In this document: one piece after another, positions 55,755 through 64,000 of the stretch
Layout: each line of letters begins with the position of its first letter
Position numbering within the stretch: position 1 is the stretch's first letter
Source of the DNA: an uncultured Acidobacteriota bacterium
GTDB lineage: Bacteria; Acidobacteriota; UBA6911; RPQK01; JAPXNP01
Assembly: GCA_963777605.1 (NCBI GenBank)
Contig: CAVZRV010000007.1
Coordinates: forward strand, 1,087,914 to 1,151,913
DNA length: 64,000 nt
Reading direction: 5' to 3'
Program-made: the position numbers and the translations under genes
The notes under the pieces: model-generated
What the model saw: only the letters and a program-made list of their open reading frames with translations
Database searches by the model: none
What the model was told of the DNA's origin: nothing

Positions 55755-56385
55755 CGTTCAGCGTGGCGTGGTTGTTGATGCGATTTTGCGGTGTCATTTC
55801 TGAACGCGAGTGGAGCGCTTCTCCCGACCTTCATCCACTGCCCACCCAGGATCTTGTCCCCGTCCTCACCGACCCCGCCCGCCCGGAACCTTTGAGCACC
55901 GTCCGGTTACCTCGCACGCGCGTTCAGGGATTCATTTGGGGTGCGGAACCGAGAGGTTCCGCTTTGAAACCCGGCACGTCGAACGGAAGCGAGAGCTTCC
56001 GCCGTGCTGAACGACGAAGACGCCGTCACGGAACCTGCCTGGATTCGGCCAACTGCCTCGCATCGACAGGCAGCAGCCGATCGCTCCACCGCGCCCGAGG
56101 TGAAAGGCAACGGAAGCTTTCGCTTCCTGATGACGGGCGAACCGTTCCGCGTTGGACAAAAGCGGAAGCTGTCGCTTCCAGCACTCCACATGAAAGTGTC
56201 GGTTTATTAACGATTTGCGGAAAAGCCAGCGCAGAGCCTCGTAGGACGTTCCAATAATCAACTGAACCCAGGGTGCATCCAACCAGACACTGGCCCCCGC
56301 AACGTTGACCGTGAAACCGTGAAACCGTGAACAGTGCCACGTCTCACCAGAAACCAGAAACCAGAAACCAGAAACCTTGAACCCC
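55755..56385 (+). repeat. Right ~630 bp direct repeat flanking the exosortase gene
   Basis: Nearly identical to 54100-54720; one extra ACCGTGA heptamer. Confidence 0.92.
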
Positions 56386-56630
56386 GGAACCTTACTTTCT
56401 TCCCAAAAACGGTTATAATCAGAATCCGTTGAGCCTTGGAGTTCCTTGAACTCCCAACCTATTGAATCTTGATGGCGTAAAGTCGCCATGTGTGAACCGC
56501 GGGAAACAAAACCATTAACCTGGCTACCCACCTTTGCCCTTGGGGGAGCGAAGCGTCGGGCCGGGAAAAGTGGTTCAAACCCTGCGTTCACGCCGGTTTC
56601 CGATCGAATGCACTGCATTTTAAGGAGCAC

Positions 56631-56645
56631 TGGCATGCCACGTGC
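56631..56645 (+). promoter_or_regulatory. Sigma54 promoter of the sugar transferase operon
   Basis: TGGCAT-GCCAC-GTGC (GG-N10-GC), ~180 nt upstream of the ATG. Confidence 0.65.
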
Positions 56646-56823
56646 GGAAATTGTGATCAACGTTACCGTTTCAGCCAGGCCCCGAAGTGGGATCGTGACT
56701 GACATGGCGAAGCTGTAGGTAAACGTGAGCGTTTGCAGAATCGTTGCGAAACCAGCCTCGTCAGGTGGCATAAGAAAGAGAGTAATCTAAGGTGAAACAG
56801 AATTCTCTTGGGGGAGAATTATT

Positions 56824-57973
56824 ATGAAGGCATCTACGGTGACGGACATGGGATGGACCCCGGTCCGGATCGACGAGCGGCCGCGCCAGGACGAGATCCT
56901 CTCCGAGTCGGCGTTTCAGAAGCTGGTCGTGTTGGAGCGGAAGCGTTCCGAACGCTCCGGGGACCCGTTCATCCTGGTCTGCGTTGACGTCTCGGCCCTG
57001 CGGGGCGACACGGGACAGGTTGACCCGGTCCTGCGCGATTCCATTTTTTCTCTGCTCCTGTGCACGTTTCGGGAAACCGACGTCGTCGGCTGGTACCAGC
57101 GGGACCGGATCGCGGCTGCCCTGCTCACCGAACTGGGCGACGTCGAAGCGGGACGACGTGCGCAAGGTGGTCCTGGAGAAGATCGAGCGCTGCCTGGGAT
57201 GCCGGCTGCCGAGTGAGGTTTCTTCGAAGTTGACGATCTCGGTCTACTACTTTCCCGACGAGGTGGCCGGCGAGACGTCGGTCGAGATCCGGGAAGTTCT
57301 CTATCCCGACCTGATGGGCCAGGAGCGCGACCGGAAGGGGGCTACGGCCCTGAAGCGGGCCGGCGACGTTCTGGTCAGCCTGACCCTGCTTCTGATCCTG
57401 TCTCCGATTCTCCTGCTGATCGCCGGCCTGATCAAGCTGACCTCGAAGGGGCCGGTGCTCTTCAGCCAGGAGCGACTGGGCCAGTTCGGCCAGCCGTTCC
57501 AGTTCCTGAAGTTTCGGTCGATGTACACCAATTCCGACTCCTCGGTTCACGAGCAGTACATCGAGGACTACATCAAAAACGGCAAGAGTTCGTCTTCCGA
57601 CCCCGACGGCAAGCCGGTCTTCAAGCTGGTCAAGGACGCCCGGGTCACGCCGGTGGGGCGTATCCTGCGGAAGACCAGCCTGGACGAGTTTCCGCAGTTC
57701 CTCAACGTCCTGCGGGGGGACATGTCGCTGGTCGGCCCGCGGCCGCCCATCCCCTACGAACTGCGCCAGTACGACATCTGGCACCGCCGCCGGATCCTCG
57801 AAGTCCGGCCCGGGATCACCGGTTTCTGGCAGGTCCACGGCCGCAGCCGAACGACCTTCGACGAGATGGTCCGCATGGACCTCCACTATGCCCGCCACTG
57901 GTCCTTCTGGCTCGACGTCAAGCTCCTCTTCCAGACTCCCCTCGCCGTAATCAAAGGCGACGGGGCGGTTTAG
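56824..57973 (+). CDS. Priming sugar-phosphate transferase (Bac_transf) with N-terminal degenerate GGDEF-like domain; frameshift near 57150
   Basis: KRAGD, GPVLFSQER.G, F.FLKFRSM, D.RVT.VGR.LRKTSLDEFPQF.NVL.GDMSLVGPRP, PGITG.WQV; N-terminus F...V.LERKRSERSG.PF...FRETDVVGW. Confidence 0.9.
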
Positions 57974-58376
57974 CGCTGCGGCGCGCGCGTTTCTGGTTCC
58001 TGGTTTCTGGGTCCTGGTGTGGCCAGGCATCTTGCCGGTGACCACCGCAAATCCGTGCGTGGGCGGGTTTCGGGTTCAGTTCTCACGTCGCACTTCGGTT
58101 TCGGCCTGCGTTTTCGTTATTCGTCCTCGCCAAGCTCGTACTCTTTTGGTCCCTGAACCCTGATTCGGCTGAGGCGGCGATCAACCTCGCCTCCCCGAAC
58201 GGAAGCACTCGGACCACGACACCCCTTGACCGCTGGATCGCGTTGAACCGGCGACACTGAATCGAAACCAGAAACCAGAAACCCGAAACGTCCCAGAAAG
58301 CCCAGAAACCCGAACCTACACTCCACTGTAAAGCCTGCACTCCAACTCTCCGATTATCAACCATGAAGGGAGAATC

Positions 58377-59378
58377 ATGATCAACATCGGCGTAATCGGA
58401 TACGGATACTGGGGTCCCAATATCGTTCGGAATTTCATGGCTCATTCCGACTGCCGCGTGACGGTGGTCTGTGACCAGAACCCGGCCTCGCTGGAGCGGG
58501 CCCAAAAGCTCTACCCCTCGCTCGAGCTCTGCTCGTCGGCTGAGGAGATGCTCCGGTCGCCCAACCTGGATGCCGTAGCCGTAATTACGCCGGTCTCGAC
58601 CCACTACCCTTTCGCCCGGATGGCGCTCGAGCACGGCAAGCACGTGTTCGTTGAGAAGCCCTTCACGCTGAATTCCGACGAGGCCCGCCAGCTCATCGAC
58701 CTGGCCGACGCCCGCAAGCTCGTCATCATGGTGGACCACACTTTCCTCTTTACCGGTGCGGTCCAGAAGATGAAGGAAGTGGTCGACTCGGGCCACCTCG
58801 GCAACCTCCTCTACTACGACTCCACCCGGGTCAACCTGGGACTTTTCCAGCACGATGTGAACGTGGTCTGGGACCTGGCCCCCCACGACCTCTCCATCAT
58901 GGACTTCCTGGTTTCGGGGCAGGCCGAGGCACTGGTGGCCACCGGACAGCGGCACTACAACGGCCACGAAGACCTGGCCTACATCACGGTCTACTACCCC
59001 GACTCCATGATCGCCCATTTCAACGTCAACTGGCTCTCGCCCGTCAAGGTCCGCATGACCCTGCTCGGCGGGGAGCGGAAGATGCTGGTCTGGAACGACC
59101 TGGAGCCGGACGAGAAGATCAAGATCTACGACAAGGGCGTGGACGTCAAACAGGCGGGCGACGTCTACAACCTCCTGGTCAGCTACCGCAGCGGCGACAT
59201 GGTGGCCCCCCGCGTCCCCCAGATCGAAGCTCTCAAAGCCGAAACCCGTTACTTCCTCGACTGCATCCAGAACGGCGAGCAACCCCACAACAACGGCCAG
59301 GCCGGCCTCCGGGTCGTGAAGATGCTGGAAGCCGCGGATCAGTCAATCCAGGACCGCGGGCGGCTGGTGGAGCTCTAG
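58377..59378 (+). CDS. Gfo/Idh/MocA oxidoreductase (WbpB/WlbA-like nucleotide-sugar dehydrogenase)
   Basis: GYGYWGPN, GKHVFVEKP, WDLAPHD, WLSPVKVR; EPS context. Confidence 0.88.
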   Translation: MINIGVIGYGYWGPNIVRNFMAHSDCRVTVVCDQNPASLERAQKLYPSLELCSSAEEMLRSPNLDAVAVITPVSTHYPFARMALEHGKHVFVEKPFTLNSDEARQLIDLADARKLVIMVDHTFLFTGAVQKMKEVVDSGHLGNLLYYDSTRVNLGLFQHDVNVVWDLAPHDLSIMDFLVSGQAEALVATGQRHYNGHEDLAYITVYYPDSMIAHFNVNWLSPVKVRMTLLGGERKMLVWNDLEPDEKIKIYDKGVDVKQAGDVYNLLVSYRSGDMVAPRVPQIEALKAETRYFLDCIQNGEQPHNNGQAGLRVVKMLEAADQSIQDRGRLVEL

Positions 59379-59669
59379 CGCGCGCAGCGCGCGTTTCAAG
59401 TGTGTGGGCGCTGCGAGTGGTTTCGGGTGTGAGGCGCTTGGCGCGGTCCCGGGTTTCGAGAGGGGGATCGGCCGCAAAGTAATCCAGGCAGCCCTGCCTG
59501 AGATGTCGGCCAGGCAGCTTGCCTGGCGACAGGCAACATCTGAGATCTACGATTGGTGATTGGTGATTGGTCGTGAAGAACCTTTCACACGAGCTTGAGA
59601 TCGAGTAGCCTTCGTACCCGAAACCCTCGAACGCGAAGAACCGGTGAACGCGATGGAACCGGCGGGCGG

Positions 59670-59875
59670 AGGCCCCTGAAGGGGGCCCTGTTTCAGCCCA
59701 GGCTTTAGCCTGGGAAAGACCCCGGCCCGCCACCGATCCGGCCCTGAAGGGGCCGGCGTTTCACCGGAATCGCGTCCCCGGGAAAGGGAAGCGCCCCTTC
59801 AGGGCGCACCTGGGGCGGCAGGCCCCGTGACCCAGGCTGAAGCCTGGGCTGAAACGACGGCGCCTTCAGCGCCGG
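59670..59875. repeat. Non-autonomous A-B REP module of the tnpA family; also at ~60688-60732, 60916-61045 and 32485-32670
   Basis: GGCCCCTGAAGGGGGCC..TTTCAGCCCAGGC....GCCTGGG ... GGGCTGAAACGACGGCGCC. Confidence 0.85.
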
Positions 59876-60201
59876 AGATCTCGCCGTACCGGGACCCCGG
59901 CCGAAGACGGTTTCCCGAGGCGGGTTTCGGGTGGAATCAGGAATGAAGAATCCCCTCCGCGAAACCTCAGCGCCACCGCGCCCCAGCGGTGAAAATCCGC
60001 AGAAGACCGGACCCAGGTTTGCACCAAGACGGAGGGCAGGAACCTTGAATCAGAAACCTGAACCCTGAAACCGGTAACCCGCCCACCGAACTGGGTGCCG
60101 TGCCGGGAACCCGGGGCCGCGGCTTCGCCTTAACCCCGGCTCTGTGTCCGGCGCCAAACCGCGCCACCGCCGGAACCCGGAACCCGGAACCGAAGGAACC
60201 C

Positions 60202-60669
60202 ATGGACAATCTCCAATCCCTCAACAACGTCACCCTCGGCAACGACGTCTACCTCGGTAAATTCATCAACCTCTACGGCTGCACGATTGGGGACCACTCC
60301 AAGATCGGGGCGTTCGTGGAGATCCAGAAGAACGCCGTCGTGGGCAGGAACTGCAAGATCTCGAGCCACACCTTCGTCTGCGAAGGGGTCACCATCGAAG
60401 ACGACTGTTTCATCGGCCACGGGGTCTGCTTCATCAACGACATCTACCCTCGGGCCACCGCCGAGGGGCAGCTCCAGACCGAAGCCGACTGGGTGGTCGA
60501 GAAGACCCTGGTCCGGCGCGGAGCCTCGATCGGCTCGGGAGCCACCATCCTCGCCAGGGTCACCATCGGCGAAGGCGCCATCGTCGGAGCGGGTGCGGTC
60601 GTCACCCGCGACGTCCCCCCCCGCACGGTCGTAGCCGGCAACCCGGCAAAGGTGCTGAGGGAACTGTAG
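60202..60669 (+). CDS. Hexapeptide-repeat N-acetyltransferase (WbpD/WlbB-like)
   Basis: IG..SKIG.FVEIQ, CKISSHTFVCEGV, F.ND.YPRA, GASIG.GATIL, VAGNPA. Confidence 0.9.
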   Translation: MDNLQSLNNVTLGNDVYLGKFINLYGCTIGDHSKIGAFVEIQKNAVVGRNCKISSHTFVCEGVTIEDDCFIGHGVCFINDIYPRATAEGQLQTEADWVVEKTLVRRGASIGSGATILARVTIGEGAIVGAGAVVTRDVPPRTVVAGNPAKVLREL

Positions 60670-61087
60670 GGCGCTCGGCGCCGGGCGGAGGCCCCTGAAG
60701 GGGGCCCCGTTTTCAGCCCAGGCTTTAGCCTGGTTTCTGGTTCAGGGTTCCGTGGTTTCTGGTTCCGGGTGGCAACGGGAATCGGGGATTGAAATGGCCG
60801 GGACGGGGAATTCTGGAGCCAGGCTCCACGGGTTGTGACGGGTTGCGATGAGAAAACGAGATAGAACCTCCGAAGGTGACAGAACCTCCGAACGCGAAAG
60901 AACCGGCGGACGAAGGCCCCTGCAGGGGGCCCCGTTTTTAGCCCAGGCTTTAGCCTGGGTAAAGGCCCTGGCCCGCCACCGATCCGGCCCTGAAGGGGCC
61001 GGTGGATCAAAGGAATGGCGTCCCCTGGGCTGAAACGACGGCGCCAAGAACCCGGAACCCGGCTCACCCGTAGTATCATATTTATAA

Positions 61088-61525
61088 ATGACTGATACCA
61101 GACCCAACCAAGACCGTCTTTCCGCCTCCGGCCGTTTCCTCCTCCGGATCGATCCGGGACTGCACGCGTGCCTCCGGGAGGCCGCCCGCGAAGCCGGACT
61201 TTCCCTGAACGACTACTGCGCCCGGAAACTGGCCGCTCCCTGCACCCAGATCGAAGGACCTGCCACTGAGTTCCTTGAACGCGCAGCCGCTCTGCTTGCA
61301 GACGCGTTGGTCGGGGTGGTCGCCTATGGTTCCTGGGCGCGGGAGGAAGCGACCGACCGTTCGGACGTGGACATGCTGGTGGTCGTTGCGGCCGGGACCG
61401 ACATCACCCGGGAACTTTACCGGCGCTGGGCTAAGCAGAAATCTCCTCAAGCAACAAACCGAAGGTCTTGCGGATATTGCGGACCCCACTATCGACCTTC
61501 AACGGATCAGGAACGAGAATCTTGA
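61088..61525 (+). CDS. HicB-like RHH fused to a minimal nucleotidyltransferase; probably truncated near 61430
   Basis: SGRFLLRIDP.LH..L...A...GLSLN; VVAYGSWAR.EA...SDVDMLVV. Confidence 0.75.
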   Translation: MTDTRPNQDRLSASGRFLLRIDPGLHACLREAAREAGLSLNDYCARKLAAPCTQIEGPATEFLERAAALLADALVGVVAYGSWAREEATDRSDVDMLVVVAAGTDITRELYRRWAKQKSPQATNRRSCGYCGPHYRPSTDQERES

Positions 61526-61775
61526 GTGCTACAAGCTTGCGTGCGGGTGTAGGAACTACTAGCCTTCGCATGAAATTCCTGACCAATCGCACCTACCTAA
61601 CCTACATAAACTGCCCATCTGAAATCTTGCGTTTGACATGTTTCAGTCGCTCAATGCAACGGGAACACCGCTCACTGCGATAGAAGTGTTCAAACCCCTG
61701 GTTGTCAATTCATACAAGGCGAACTTTGGCCGATCAACGCGAAATCCTATTTCGACGAGGTGGAACAAGCTCTTC
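61430..61775 (+). pseudogene. Internal fragment of a DUF262 (GmrS/SspE-like) gene, cut by IS21
   Basis: FDMFQSLNATGTPLTAIEVFKP matches the DUF262 F..LN..G..L...E..K motif; lower GC; frameshifted. Confidence 0.6.
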
Positions 61776-61846
61776 TGTCAACGGCGAGAAAGAATTCCTC
61801 GAATTCGGCGGGATAGAATTCCCCAGGACGGATGTTCTGTAAAGGG

Positions 61847-62613
<767 letters not shown>

Positions 62614-62633
<20 letters not shown>

Positions 62634-63888
62634 GGTCGGCCTCCACCCACGCTTCATACTGCCGCAGGGCACGTACTTCGACCTGCGGAGCTTGCCAGGA
62701 AAAAGTGAGCGGATCGGCAACGGGGAGTTGCACGGCCCCCGGCTTGGTGCGGCGCTGCGGTGGGTAGCGGAGACCGGCATAGTGGCCGGCCTGGACAATC
62801 CGTTGATGACGACCGGCGGCTAGGTGATGGGTCGCCACCTCGACCCCGTCCGGCGTGACAATGCGCAGTTCGTCCTGCTCACCTTCCTTGAGCACGAGCA
62901 CTTGCTGGGCAAAGCGAGCGGGCACCGAGTAGTAGTTGCCCTGGTAGCTCACCAGGCAATCTTTGCTGCTGCGCCGGTAGCTGGTGAGGCTGGTGTCGTA
63001 GGCCGGTTTGCCGGTCAACGGCGGCAACGCTTCCTGGGGCAAGCGAGTCAGGGGAACGGCTTGGGTGGTAGCGTGTAGCCGCACGTTAGCCACTGTATCG
63101 AGCCAGTGACGACACTGATGGTTGAGGTCGGCGAGGTCGCGGTAGACCAAACCGGGCCAGAAGTTGTAACGCAAATAGCGAATCCCGCGCTCGACCTTGC
63201 CCTTGGTCTGGGCCCGATAGGGTTGGCAGGCCCACGGACGAAAGCCGTAGTAGTCGGCGAAGTCCAGATAACGTGGGTGCCACTGGATGGGACCGGCGGC
63301 GCTGTGAGTGAGGACTGCGGTCTTGAGGTTGTCGTGCAGCAGCTCTTGCGGGACACCGCCAAAGTAGTCGAAGGCATGGATGTGACAGCGGAGCCACCAG
63401 GTGATGTCCATGGATACGGTGAACTCGACATACAGCATGCGTGACCAACTCAGCGTCATCACGAAGGCATAGAGACGATAGCGCCGACCCTGATGCTCGA
63501 TGAAGCCAAAGGCACCCCAGTCCACTTGCCCTTGTTGACCTGGCTCGGTCTCAAAACGCACCGTAGCTGGGGGCGGCTGTGCCTGCCGATAAGGGTGGAC
63601 AAAGGCGCGCACCTGTCGTTCTCCGCCTGGATAGCCCAGAGTTTTGATTTCCTGGTAGAGCTTCTGGGCGTTGAGCACCCCAGCGGCGATGCGCCGTTCC
63701 AAATAGTCGACGTACGGGTCGAGCTTGCGCAGCTTGGGTCGTCGCACTTTAGGAATCGCCGTCAGCGGTTCCCGCAACACCGTGCGAATAGTCTTGCGGT
63801 CGTGGCCTGTACGGCGGGCAATCTCACTAATGGAGACACCCTGACGATAGAGATCCTTAATCATGAATCGTTGCTCCACATTTAGCAT
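62614..63888 (-). CDS. istA: IS21 DDE transposase
   Basis: HTH N-terminus, RFETEPG.Q.QVDW, FGGVP...L.DN, PYRAQTKGKVER, N.YSVP. Confidence 0.95.
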
Positions 63889-64000
63889 CGGCTGCCCCCT
63901 CTCCTCCTTCCGGTCGACCACACCGTCTTGAGGATAAGGCACTTGCCGCTTCATGTGGGGAATTCTATTTCGCCGTTTTTGGGGAGTTTATCATCGCCAG

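Overview
GC-rich bacterial chromosome segment, most likely Acidobacteriota (inferred from the ADOP-type permease operon, DUF6982-like gene, SBBP and tandem-95 surface proteins, and exosortase). Order: (1) 3' part of a SurA/PpiD-type foldase and tRNA-Ala(GGC). (2) A ~14 kb accessory patch after the tRNA: GH78 rhamnosidase, GH2 relic, a sigma54-driven HlyD/ABC/ADOP permease/NtrC/histidine kinase operon, a low-GC VOC gene resembling a stranded integron cassette, DUF2254, PPK2 and a beta-propeller relic. (3) S9 peptidase, a catalytically degenerate sigma54 activator, a large SBBP surface protein, DUF6982-like gene and an AtoC-like regulator. (4) Housekeeping genes (Gfo/Idh/MocA, metH, lysC-dapB-dapA-dapD), with an IS200/RAYT-type Y1 transposase and its palindromic repeat modules inserted between dapA and dapD. 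(5) A cell-surface/EPS locus: two FN3 + tandem-95 adhesins, a small secreted protein, a degenerate GGDEF protein, an exosortase between ~620 bp direct repeats, a priming sugar transferase with a degenerate GGDEF-like N-terminus, and WbpB/WbpD-like enzymes. (6) HicB-MNT and DUF262 relics and an IS21 element running off the window. Best candidate for an undescribed system: a sigma54 regulon (four -24/-12 promoters) linking a pseudo-ATPase activator, two RxxD-retaining GGDEF-like domains (one fused to the priming glycosyltransferase), an exosortase with no PEP-CTERM substrate in view, and four secreted proteins sharing one repeated C-terminal module. Intergenic DNA from ~24 kb onward carries several REP/REPIN-like families and heptamer microsatellites. 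Many single-base frameshifts suggest uncorrected sequencing indels. All family calls come from reading motifs by eye; no searches were run.
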